64,000 nucleotides of DNA from Acutalibacteraceae bacterium (lineage in GTDB: Bacteria; Bacillota; Clostridia; Oscillospirales; Acutalibacteraceae): assembly GCA_045534895.1 (NCBI GenBank), contig JAZSKN010000033.1:890-64889 (forward strand). Direction: 5' to 3'. The notes below the pieces were generated by a model. It had not been told where the DNA came from. It saw nothing but the letters and a program-made list of their open reading frames with translations, and did not search any database. Below, piece after piece: positions 52,165 through 63,500 of the stretch. Numbering within the stretch: the first letter of the stretch is position 1; each line of letters begins with the position of its first letter. A program made the translations under genes and the position numbers.

Positions 52165-54018
52165 ATGAACAATATTAAATTAAATGTAAAAACAATTTGG
52201 TCAGAGTATGAAAACGGTCAGCAATACAAAAACAGTATTGGCGACAAGGGTATTCACGACCAAGCAAGAATAAACGAGCGATTTTTTGTTGGTGATCAGT
52301 GGCACGGTGTAACCGCCGGAAACGAAAAGCCGCTTACGCGAAGAAATATAATTAAAAGAATTGGTGAATATAAAATGGCGACCGTAGGTAGCGCTCCTAT
52401 CGCAGTAAATTATAGCGCAGAGGGTGTGCCCGATGTTACAGATATTGAGGCAATATCGGATGTAAAAGCGCAAATGATGCAAGGCAATTTACCCGAAGAA
52501 AAAGTAAACGATACCGAAATATCGGTTATTATGGGCGCATTAACCAATTATTTTAAAATAACTGCCGAACGCCTTAAATATGACGATAAAAAGGATATGA
52601 TGCTTAAAAATGCGTATATTTCGGGCACGGGTATTTTGTATACATATTGGGACAGCAAAATTAAAACCGGTCTTTATGCCGATATGGAAAGAAAGGTGGC
52701 AATTACGGGTGATATTGCCTGTGAGGTTTTAGATATTGAAAACGTGGTTTTTGGTGACCCTAATAATGAGGACGTTGAAAGTCAGCCATATATTATAATT
52801 GCGCGTCGATTAGACGTAGATGCGGTAAGGCGCGAGGCAGAGCTTTACGGTCAGCCTATAGAGAATATTTTACCCGACGGCACAGACGGTTATTACCGCA
52901 ATGCTGGTGATCGCGGCGAGGACGAGCCAAATGATTCAAACCGAGTTACTGTTATTACAAAGCTGTACAAAAAATATGATGATAACGGCAACCATACCGT
53001 TTACGGTAAAACCGTAACAAAAAACGCCGTTGTAAGACCCGAATGGAATTTGCTGATACACCGTTACCCAATAGCAAAATTTGTTTGGGAAAGAAGAAAA
53101 AGCTGTGCATATGGTGACAGTGAGGTAAGTTACCAAATACCAAACCAAATCGCGCTAAATCAGGCGCATTCGATATCGGTGTGGGCTATGCAAAATACCG
53201 GCATGCCAAAAACCATTATTAACGGTGATCTTATACCCGACGGTATTTCAAATGATCCCGCCGAGGTTATAAAAATTTACGGTAACGCCGAGGATATGGT
53301 GAGCGCAATAAGATATGTTACGCCGCCGAATTATGGCGCGGCATTTATTAATTTTACCGATGCATTTGCTCAAAACATTCTTTTTGATAACGGCGCAAAC
53401 GATGCGGCGCTTGGTAATTTGCGTCCTGACAATGCAACGGCTATTGTACAGGCGCGCGAAGCGGCGCTTGCACCCATGCAGATGTATCAAAACCGTTTTT
53501 ACAGCGCAAACGAGGACGTTGCGCGCATATGGGCGGATTTTTGGATAACTATGTACGGAAAAAGATCGATAAAAATTAATGACAATGGCAACATAAGCTA
53601 CATAGTTTTCGATGCTGACCGCTATAAAGACTTGGTTATTACCGCTAAAATAGATGTTGGCGCATCAACTCTTTGGAGCGAGGCTGTGTCGATATCTAAT
53701 TTAGGTAATTTGTTGGCAAGTGGCATGATAAGCTTTACCGAGTATCTTGAACGTTTGCCAAAAGGATTAATTCCCGACGTTAATGGTCTTATAAACGCAA
53801 GAAAACAACAAGAACAGCAGGCACAGGCAATAAATATGCCGCAAGAGGCAACGACCAATAGTATAACCAACGGTGAATTGCTTGCTGATTTACAGGCAAA
53901 TAACCCGCAAATATATGAGCAATTAATGAATCTACCGCCGGAGGATCAAGAATATGCTATGCAAATGATACGCGACAGCGCAAACATTAATACGCAAGAA
54001 GCATTTAAAATGAATTAA
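52165..54018 (+). CDS. Putative portal protein
   Basis: 617 aa with an acidic C-terminus and an N-terminal ERFFVGDQWHG-type block. The call rests on size and position and was not verified by profile search. Confidence 0.5.
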   Translation: MNNIKLNVKTIWSEYENGQQYKNSIGDKGIHDQARINERFFVGDQWHGVTAGNEKPLTRRNIIKRIGEYKMATVGSAPIAVNYSAEGVPDVTDIEAISDVKAQMMQGNLPEEKVNDTEISVIMGALTNYFKITAERLKYDDKKDMMLKNAYISGTGILYTYWDSKIKTGLYADMERKVAITGDIACEVLDIENVVFGDPNNEDVESQPYIIIARRLDVDAVRREAELYGQPIENILPDGTDGYYRNAGDRGEDEPNDSNRVTVITKLYKKYDDNGNHTVYGKTVTKNAVVRPEWNLLIHRYPIAKFVWERRKSCAYGDSEVSYQIPNQIALNQAHSISVWAMQNTGMPKTIINGDLIPDGISNDPAEVIKIYGNAEDMVSAIRYVTPPNYGAAFINFTDAFAQNILFDNGANDAALGNLRPDNATAIVQAREAALAPMQMYQNRFYSANEDVARIWADFWITMYGKRSIKINDNGNISYIVFDADRYKDLVITAKIDVGASTLWSEAVSISNLGNLLASGMISFTEYLERLPKGLIPDVNGLINARKQQEQQAQAINMPQEATTNSITNGELLADLQANNPQIYEQLMNLPPEDQEYAMQMIRDSANINTQEAFKMN

Positions 54019-54025
54019 AGAAAGG

Positions 54026-54400
54026 ATGAAGATTATGAAAGCGAGCGAATTATTAAATAATGCGCTTAAAATGCTTGGCTACAGCGATAGCGACGGTAAT
54101 GCTGAGTTGACCCAGCGTGTGATAAACGGTGCGATTGTTATTTTGAATTTGGTTTACAGTGATTTATGGCACGTATTTAATACGGGCGATTTTAAGCCCA
54201 TAAAAACCCTTGAGGATGATATCGATATACCGCAAAACGCTTTGCAGGATACCTTTTTATACGGCGTTGCAATGCATATTTCACGCAGTGAAAATGATGG
54301 TGATCAACAGCAGTATTTTGCTTCGTTATATAATGCCAAAAGGGCAAGTCTTACACGGTATGACAAGGTAAAAAACGTTTTACCGCGTCCCGAAATATAA
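54026..54400 (+). CDS. Phage structural-module protein (possible head-tail adaptor)
   Basis: 124 aa, directly after the portal-like gene. Positional inference only. Confidence 0.35.
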   Translation: MKIMKASELLNNALKMLGYSDSDGNAELTQRVINGAIVILNLVYSDLWHVFNTGDFKPIKTLEDDIDIPQNALQDTFLYGVAMHISRSENDGDQQQYFASLYNAKRASLTRYDKVKNVLPRPEI

Positions 54401-54419
54401 TTGAATAGGAAGTGAAAAA

Positions 54420-56588
54420 ATGAAATATCCCCCAATTAACAAACAGCCACGTCGCGAGGTAAACATACCGCAATTATCGGGCGGTCTTAATTTGCGTGAC
54501 GGTTTAAGCGGCATAAAAGATAACCAAATGACCGACTGTGTTAATATGTGGTTTAAAGACGGTATGCTTAAAACGAGACCATCGTTTTATTGTGATAAAG
54601 ATATGAATGGTCCGATTATTGGTAACAGTGATTATGTGATAGACGGTATTAAGGTTCATTCAGAAATATGTAATAATAATGCTGTTCTTGTAAGCTTGAA
54701 GGTAAGTCTTTTTGGTAACACTATAATAGAGTTTTGGTGGCAAAAAGACAACGCCGCATTTGATATGAGTGAGATTGGAAAAGAGGGTGAGTGTAATTAT
54801 TTTTTAACCGAAAAGGACGGCGTGATTTACTGCTATATGTCTGATTACAGTATATATACGCTTAATTATAAAAACGGTGAAAAGATTTGGCAATTGCTTA
54901 GCGATGCAGATTATTATATTCCAACAATTATAACTCATTGCAAGGCCATAAATAACGGGCTTGAATATACAGGCACTATGCTTGAAGGGTACAATATGTT
55001 AACCGAATCGTATAAGATGGTGTATTCTACGGTTAATTTGTCAGATGCCGAAGATAACGTTACACCAATGAGATATGCCTTGATTAAAGAATTGCCTTCT
55101 GATAAAGGTATTATTATTAAAGCGCGTGTTACAACCCCAAGCGGTGTAACACAAGAGCACACTGTAAGTTTTAATAATAATACTTGTTACGAGCAGGTGC
55201 AAAATACACCTAATGACAATATGTATTTGGCAGCGACATCAAAATATATATTTTTTACGGGTGAAAAAAACAGTAACACACCATTAAATATTAGAACTGA
55301 TGACTATGTTGAAGATAATCTTGAAATAACGGTTATTTACCCTAAAAATAATGAAAATGAAAATCTAAAAAAGATATTTAATATGACTCGCAGTATATGG
55401 TTTGGCGGCGCGGCAAACGGCATAGGTAGCGGGTCAAGGTTGTTTTTATGTGGCAACACCAACAGTCAAGAGCAGGCGTTGGTGGTTTGGTCTGCGCTTA
55501 AAAATCCTCTCTACTTTAATGAGAATAACTATGTATACGTTGGTAACAAATCGCACGCGGTTACGGCGTTTGGTCAACAAGGTGAAAAGCTGATTATATT
55601 TAAAAGCAGCGAGATTTATTACTCTTATTATGATTATAACACGGGCATTACATCCGACGACTTAATAAATCAGACTGTAGTGGATTATGAATCAAGCAGT
55701 GTGGTGTTTCCTGTTGTTTTGTTGCATTCTACCGTGGGGTGCGATTGCCCCGATACTATACAGTTATGCCGCAACCGTTTGGTATGGTTAAACAGCGAAG
55801 GCAGGGTTTATACGTTGGTATCGGCTAATCAGTACAGCGAAATGAACGTTTATTTTGTTTCAGAAACGATAGAGAATAAGATTAAAAAGCATGTCAGAAA
55901 CGACTTAATTAAAGCCGTATCACAGGATTTTGACGGTCATTATATGCTGATAATTAATTCGGATGCGTACTTGATGGACTATAACAGCTACGGTTACACG
56001 CACGTATACAGCTATACCAAGAACGAAGATGCAAACGCGCTTATCCCTTGGTATTACTGGACACTTTTACCTAATGAGGCGTTTACTAATGAAACACTTT
56101 GCTATGGCGCAGTTGACGGAAATGTTATTGCGATATATTTATGGCGACCTACCGATGCAAAATGCAGAGCACAATATAGCATTTTAAAAAGCGGCAACAA
56201 CAATTATGCCGATAGTTTTATGAAGTACGATGCTCAAAATGACGCGATAATAGAATCAAAAAACATTTGCTCGGTAATGCAAAGCAAACTATTTGATTTT
56301 TCGTTGTCGGCGTATTTAAAAAAAATAGAAGATATATCGGTGGCGTTTGGCAATAATGGTGGATTGCCTATAAGCGTTACATTTGTTAGCAACGTTGGTA
56401 ACACAAGCAACACAGTTGAACTTTTAGGTAACGCAACCGATAAATTTGACGCAGCATTTATTAGTGTTAAACGCTTTTATCCCAAATTAAGCGCGATACG
56501 CGTTTTTGGTATAAATATTTGCTGTGACGGACCGCTTTTTATAGACGGAATAACTATGAAATACAGATTATTGGGGAGGGTAAAATAA
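54420..56588 (+). CDS. Large virion structural protein (tail/nozzle-like), unassigned
   Basis: 722 aa and translationally coupled to the next gene. No recognisable enzymatic motif. Confidence 0.4.
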   Translation: MKYPPINKQPRREVNIPQLSGGLNLRDGLSGIKDNQMTDCVNMWFKDGMLKTRPSFYCDKDMNGPIIGNSDYVIDGIKVHSEICNNNAVLVSLKVSLFGNTIIEFWWQKDNAAFDMSEIGKEGECNYFLTEKDGVIYCYMSDYSIYTLNYKNGEKIWQLLSDADYYIPTIITHCKAINNGLEYTGTMLEGYNMLTESYKMVYSTVNLSDAEDNVTPMRYALIKELPSDKGIIIKARVTTPSGVTQEHTVSFNNNTCYEQVQNTPNDNMYLAATSKYIFFTGEKNSNTPLNIRTDDYVEDNLEITVIYPKNNENENLKKIFNMTRSIWFGGAANGIGSGSRLFLCGNTNSQEQALVVWSALKNPLYFNENNYVYVGNKSHAVTAFGQQGEKLIIFKSSEIYYSYYDYNTGITSDDLINQTVVDYESSSVVFPVVLLHSTVGCDCPDTIQLCRNRLVWLNSEGRVYTLVSANQYSEMNVYFVSETIENKIKKHVRNDLIKAVSQDFDGHYMLIINSDAYLMDYNSYGYTHVYSYTKNEDANALIPWYYWTLLPNEAFTNETLCYGAVDGNVIAIYLWRPTDAKCRAQYSILKSGNNNYADSFMKYDAQNDAIIESKNICSVMQSKLFDFSLSAYLKKIEDISVAFGNNGGLPISVTFVSNVGNTSNTVELLGNATDKFDAAFISVKRFYPKLSAIRVFGINICCDGPLFIDGITMKYRLLGRVK

Positions 56589-57562
56589 TGAGTTATTATT
56601 CAACCGATTATAATAAAATTTTAGAAGAAGAAAATCAAAAGCTTAATAAGGCGAAAGCTCAAAAGAAGGATGCTGTTAATAAAACGTATGATATGCAGGC
56701 TAATACGGTTAAGGATGAGTACAAAACTGCAATCGACGACCTCGAAATTTCATACGAGGATGAATATGAGCGAAATGCCGTGCAAAAGCTTATCAATCAA
56801 AAAATGATTGCCGAAAAAAATGCAAATTTAGGTTTAACTGACAGCGGACTAAATCGCACACAGCAAACAGCGGCACAGCTTTCGTATTCGAATGCTAAGG
56901 GAAATATAGATTTATCGCGACGCAAAGCGTTAGATGCTTTATCGCAAAATCTTAAATCCGCAATTTCGACCATAGAGCAAAACCGAATTGCAAGTCTTGC
57001 CGATTTGGATGATAAATTTGATGCGCAGGCACAAAGCAATGCAATAAACCGATATAACACCAACATTGAAGCCAATACAAAGATATATCAAGCACAGCAA
57101 AGCGCAAAGCAACCAAGCGCGACAAATGCAAAAAGTGCGGGCAACGAGCAACAAAAAATTTACTGGTTCAGAGGTGTGTCAGATAAAAACGGAAATTATT
57201 TGTACTATAATACACAAACCGGAAAAAATGAAGAAGTGCCGCAATTTATGAATCCATACACGTCAAACGATAACCGCATTGCATATAGAGCAGAGTACAA
57301 CGATAAAAACATAGGATTTTTTAATCTTGCAGACGGAAGTGTCGGTTATCAGCCCAGAGGTCTTAAAAGCGAGGGCGGTAAGTTTATAAGGGTAGAAATA
57401 GACGGTAAACCGTTACAGTTTGATTTGTACGGCAACGGTAAATACAATTCAATTTGGTTTTCGCCATCAAGACATTATTGGATATGGGACGACTTGAGTA
57501 ACAGCTATAAAAATATGGATAAACAAGTAATTGCATATATGTCGCAACAAAAGGGTGGTTAA
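56588..57562 (+). CDS. Phage structural-module protein with N-terminal coiled-coil
   Basis: 324 aa. The start overlaps the previous stop (ATAATG). The N-terminal half is Q/K/A-rich and helical. Confidence 0.4.
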   Translation: MSYYSTDYNKILEEENQKLNKAKAQKKDAVNKTYDMQANTVKDEYKTAIDDLEISYEDEYERNAVQKLINQKMIAEKNANLGLTDSGLNRTQQTAAQLSYSNAKGNIDLSRRKALDALSQNLKSAISTIEQNRIASLADLDDKFDAQAQSNAINRYNTNIEANTKIYQAQQSAKQPSATNAKSAGNEQQKIYWFRGVSDKNGNYLYYNTQTGKNEEVPQFMNPYTSNDNRIAYRAEYNDKNIGFFNLADGSVGYQPRGLKSEGGKFIRVEIDGKPLQFDLYGNGKYNSIWFSPSRHYWIWDDLSNSYKNMDKQVIAYMSQQKGG

Positions 57563-57564
57563 TA

Positions 57565-60500
57565 ATGGATGATATTAATATATCAAAATTTCGTCTTGGT
57601 GGCGATACTGCTTTAAGTAAAGAGTCACCGGTAAATTTAGATAAATTTAGGGTATTAGATACCAAAAGTTATGATTATTATACAAAGCAAAATCAAATAA
57701 ATGCCGTGGGTATGGATACGCTTAAGGATGACTTGCTTAAGGTCAATAACAGCATACAAAGCGCGTATAGTAATTGGCAAACTAAAGAACAAATGAAAAA
57801 TACGCAGTCTGATATAAAGTCAATGTACACAAGGCTTACGACCTTACAAAACCTTTGTAAAACAAATGGTATTACAGACGGCGAAAAAGAGCTTTCTGAA
57901 GTGGTAGAGGCTTATAAGTCGACACTCGACGGTTGGAACGATTTAGCATCGTACTATAATAAGTTTAAAACGGCTGATGCATATAATAAGAACAACTTGC
58001 AAATTAAAAAACTTAATGATGAATATAATAAGGCGAAAAATGATGACGTTAATGCCGTAAAAGGTGAACTTAATGCTTGGGAAAAAGAATTAGAAAAAAT
58101 ACTTAACGGTAAAGAATGGTTGTCAAATGACGAATGGCGAACAAACAACGATGGTAGCTTTACTATACCGTACAGCGCTACGCATTTGCCCGAGGTGTTT
58201 GCCGGCAAAACCCTTTCACAAGCAGAAGAAATTGTAAAAAACAAAAGGGCATATCTTGAAAAGGCAATAAGAATTCAAGAAGATGAAAAATATTCTAAGC
58301 TTGTTGAGTCGGGCGAAGGCGAAAAGGGTTATAAAAAATGGCTTGAATATGCTAAAGATACAAATGATTATAAATATAATAACGCTACAAAAAAACGGAC
58401 GACCTTTGCGTTGAGCAAGCCTATTCGCGCTGTGTCTGATAATATTATTTTTAATAAAATGCTTGATACAAGCCACGAGCGACCTAAAGATGATTGGACT
58501 AAGAAGGAGCTTTATCAATTTGGGGCAAGATGGGATGAAAATAACCCCGATATTGCTTACAATTATGCAATTCGAGTTAATAACGAAAATGCAATAGAGC
58601 AAAAAAATATAGCCAAACAAAAGGCGGCGGATTTTGCTACCAAAAATTTTGCTACAGGTGCAATTGCAACCATTGGCAGTATTTTGGCAAAAACGCTTGC
58701 GGTATCAGACTATGTTGACGACCTTACCGATAAAGCGGCACATAGAAACGCAATTGTTGAAGAACCTAATTTAACGCCTTTTGAATGGGCAACCGCATCT
58801 ACGGGTGCTATTAGTGAAAAACTTAATCAAATGGGTACGCTTGACAGCAACATACCCATTATAGGCGGTAAGGGTTGGGGTGACCTTTATGCTTTGGGCG
58901 GAAGCATAGCCCAAAGCGCCGCGCTTACTGCAATTGGAGGACCTTGGCTTACTGCTGTTTCGTTTTTTGGTCAAGGCGCTGCAGATGCGGTTAACGATGC
59001 TACCGAACGAGGCGCTACAATTGACGAGGCTTTGTGTTACGGTACAATTGTTGGTGCGGCAGAAATGGTATCGGAATATATTGGCGCCGACAAGCTGTTA
59101 AAGGTTGGCAAGGGTGAAATACTGTCTGCGTTTAAAGAAATTTTAAAGCAGGCGGGCGCAGAAGGCATAGAAGAAATGTTTTCTGAAACAATAAATAATA
59201 TTGCCGATAACGTTATTATGGGTGACAAAAGTAGGTTTAATCAATTGGTAAATCAGTATAAAGCGCAAGGCTTTAGCGAGCAAGCGGCGGCAAGTATGGC
59301 ATGGACAAAGACAATAGAAGAAATTGCCTACAGCGGATTAAGCGGTATGTTATCTGGCGGCGTGCACGCGGCACCCGTCGTTATATTTAATAAAATAAAT
59401 AAAGCTTACCTCGATATGCCCTTAACAAACGGTTATGTGGACGTATCGGTTATAGATTTTTCTAACACAGTTACTAATACCGTTAAAACAAACAACGGCA
59501 ATCAAGTTAATTGGAATGATTTGGATTTTGATCAGCAAACAGCAATAATTGGTGTAAGTAACTTTGCCAAGAATATGGGGTTAAACGTTACCTGGATTTC
59601 CGACGGCGCTAAGCGCGGTATGAACGGCGCTTATGAAATTACCGGCAACAAAATGCTAATTGATGTTAACGCCGGCAAAACTAAGCTTAACGGCAATTCT
59701 TTTGAAAGCACCATAATACCTACAGCCTCGCATGAGATGGTACACTGGGTTAAAAATAAATCACCCGAAATTTATGCAAAACTTGAGAATTTTGTATTTG
59801 AAACATTTGCGTTACAGGGAATAAGCAATGAAAGCGTAGTCGCCAAGCGAAGAACATTAATGGAAAAAGCGCATAAAGATGTTGCTTATACCAATGAAGA
59901 TGTAATAGAAGAAGTAGTAGCAAGAGCCTGTGAAGATATGCTACAAGACAGCAAAAAATTTAAAAAGTGTTTATACACAATGAATACCCTGCAACAAAAA
60001 ACGGTTTTAGGTAAGCTTACAGAGACCTTTAACAGCATTAAAAGATGGATTAATAATTTTTCGTCCGAATCGCATTCAAATTCTGACGAAGCACAAATAA
60101 TCCGCAAAGATATGGTCAGGTTTAAACAACAAATTAATCTTTACGAAAAAATGCTCATTGATGCTTCACAACTTGGTGAGTATAATGATTTTTACGACAC
60201 ATCAAGCACAAACTCGACACAAATTAACAAAATTAAATATTCAGACATAAGTACCGACGGTTTAACAAAACCTAATATATACGAATATGCAAAAAGAATA
60301 AAGCAGAAATATAATTCAAATATAGACGAAGGTGTAATAATGGATAGACTTAAAGCAATTACAAACAATAAGAATTTGCCACAAGATTCATTACTGCAGG
60401 CAGTTTATAATTATAGTGAGAACGAGATAGGCAGGCTTAACCAAACACAACGGTTAATTAATGAATTAGCGGTCGAAATAGCGCAAGGCATTAAACCTGT

Positions 60501-63500
60501 TTATGATGAATATGCCAACGAGGTGTTATCATTTATAAAAGGAGATAATTTATATCTTGACCGAAACCAACGTTTAAAAATAAAGTATATGTACGGTTCG
60601 CTTACCGATTACCATAACAGAGTTGGTATAAAGTTAAGCAATCCTAAAAATCCTTCGTTAGATGAAGACTGGGTTGCGCTTACTGATGCGTGGCAATATT
60701 GGTCAGACGGTTATCCTGAATTATTTAGCAATAAAATCGCGACCGAAGATATGCCGGCACGTCTTGCCGAGGTAATGGAATATCTTAACAGCCAAAGTAT
60801 TGAAACTGATTATGACGAGCAGGCGCAAAACATAGCGCGCGAATTGTACGAGGAAATATACGGTTTGGATTACTATGAGCAAAACAAAGAAACAATTAAA
60901 TGCTATATTGAGTATTTTGCTCAACTTTACCGTGAAAAGCAAATAACAAGCAATAAGTATTCATCGGGAAATGTATACGACGATTTGCTTACTTTAAAAG
61001 AGAGACTTGTAGCCAAAAAACACAGTATAAATGAATATGAGTGCTTTGCTTGGGTTTTGTTTAATGATATATTAAGCAAAGAAAATGTAGAAACACTTTT
61101 TGGCTGTTATGCAGATTATAAAAATAAAAAAATACAGTTTTCACAAACAAAATTTGGTGAAGCCATTGTGTTTTTTGAAGAATGTCCCGATGTTTTGGTT
61201 TATATAAAAGGACCGGCAATAAATCCTGTTGTTACACAAATTGTACAAATAAATAACCAAGATAACGAAATGCTAAGCAAAATCAAAAATATGATTTTGT
61301 TAAACGAAAAAGAGCAAAATATTTTTTCGATGCAGACTGTCAAAAAAGCATTTGGCGAAAATGCCATTACCGTTCATAAACTTGAGAACTATAAATCTTA
61401 TTGGGATTATCAGCGTTGGTTGACCAACAAAAAGAAAAAGCCTGTTAAGATAAAAAATGAAGACGCGGTCGATAAGTCAAAAATAGATGAAGAGGTCGAT
61501 TACGCCGAGCTGCCGAGCAGTCGACAGGCGTGCTTTGTAAAATGCACGGACGAACAGGCTATTGCAAGGGCCGAAAAAATGGAGTTGCAGGGCAAAAGAC
61601 CACTCGATATTTGGCGCGAGTTAAAAATAGTAAGAGGAATTTTTGGAGATTGGGTAACAACAATTGCGGCAGACGGTATTAGGCTTTATGCTAACGGAAC
61701 GGCAAAAACCGATAGCCATACCAGAAATATACGACTTAAAAGAACAGGCGGTAATATTGAGGGTAAATTATCAGACTTTTTAATGTGGAAGCAGCTGTAC
61801 AAAAAATTTCCGCATTTTAAGGATGTGTCAGTATTATTAACCGATGCTAAATATAGCTATGATACCGTAAAATATCTACCCATAAGAAATACCATAGTAG
61901 TAGATAAAAAATTGTGCGAGGAATTTTTAAAAAAGAAAAACCGCGATTTAATTGCTTATATGTTGCGCGAAGTACAAAGAATGATTCAGATTGAAGAAGG
62001 TAAGTATATTGGCAAAAACCGCGATTATTGGGTTGACCAAGAACGTGCCGGTAAATTACCTTTTTCTAAATTATTAAATCGATACTTAACTGCTGATGAT
62101 ATGATGAAATATTTTATAGACAATTATGAGGCAGAAATGGTTGCTAAAATGCAAATTGTAAGCGACCTTATTTATCGTACGGCGCATCACGCGTATCCTG
62201 ATTTTAGTGAGATTATGTTAATTTCACCCGACGTCGAACCCGATAAGGCATTAACCTTTGATAAAGACGAAAATCTGGTAAGTGTTAAAGAAAAAGACGC
62301 TATTGATGGCAATAACTTTTTTAAAGATTATAAAACAACCGAAAAATACACTAAAGAGCCTTATCAAAAAGACGAGACTTTAAAAGATAATAGCAGCATT
62401 AATGAAGCACCCACGAAAAATGAGGGCGACTTTTTTACATCTGCCAATAATCGACAAAATTTGCTTGATAAAGACAACTTTAGCAAATATAATGATAACA
62501 GTTTAAACAAAGGAGAAAAATATAATGGTGAAAACGCCGAGTTACTGGCAAGAGGAGCAATATCAGCCGCTAATAGAGGAGACGACATATTACGGCAACC
62601 CGGTTCTAATTCCAAAACGCTCGCAGAGTGCTTGGGAATGCCGAAAGGAACAAATGAGCCGCATATCGAAGCAATACGGGCAGGAGAATGCGGTTGGTTG
62701 GTTAAAAAATCGAATTCCGCAAGTAAAGAAACACGGAAGAGTTTTAATAGCGGTATTCTTAGAAGAATACGAGGAATAAAACTAAGCGGTAAAGATACTG
62801 TTGGCGGTATAGTAAGTCCGCAAATTTTAGATGAGTTTAAAGATACAATTTGTAAAGATGAAAACGGCAATTTAATTTCACTATATCATTGGACTACTGA
62901 AATTTTCGAAACGTTCAAAAAGGGTGAATTTGGCTTTCATTTTGGAACGCTAAATGCCGCGCGTGACAGATATTTACAATTAAAAGAAGAAACCCCCGAC
63001 ATATCCGCAGGAGTTTTTAAAGAGGTTATTTTAAATATTACAAATCCAATTGAAATAAATGATGAGATGGGAGAGTGGAATGCAAATTGGGTTGCATTCC
63101 ATCTGCTACAAAAAGGTATTATTGATGAGCAACAATATAATGATTTGTCAAAACTATCGGGATTTAACAAGAATACCTATGATAATCCTGCGGCTAAAGC
63201 TGTACGAGAAATTTTGGCTAAAAACGGTTATGACGGTATAATTTATGAAAACTTAAGTGAGGATGTTGGTAGTTATTCGCTGATAGTGTTATATCCGGAA
63301 CAAATTATTACCGTTTCAGAAAACGGAGTTTTAAAAGAGAATAGTGGTATAAGCCGAGCAACCTTAGAAACACAGGTAACTTCTTTAAATTCAGAAGACA
63401 AATCAGCCAATATAATTAATGCGGACGAGGTTATCGAAGGTATTCGCGGTGAAGATAAACGTAGTTTGGGTGATGAGCAAGATACAACCAAAACAAGAGC

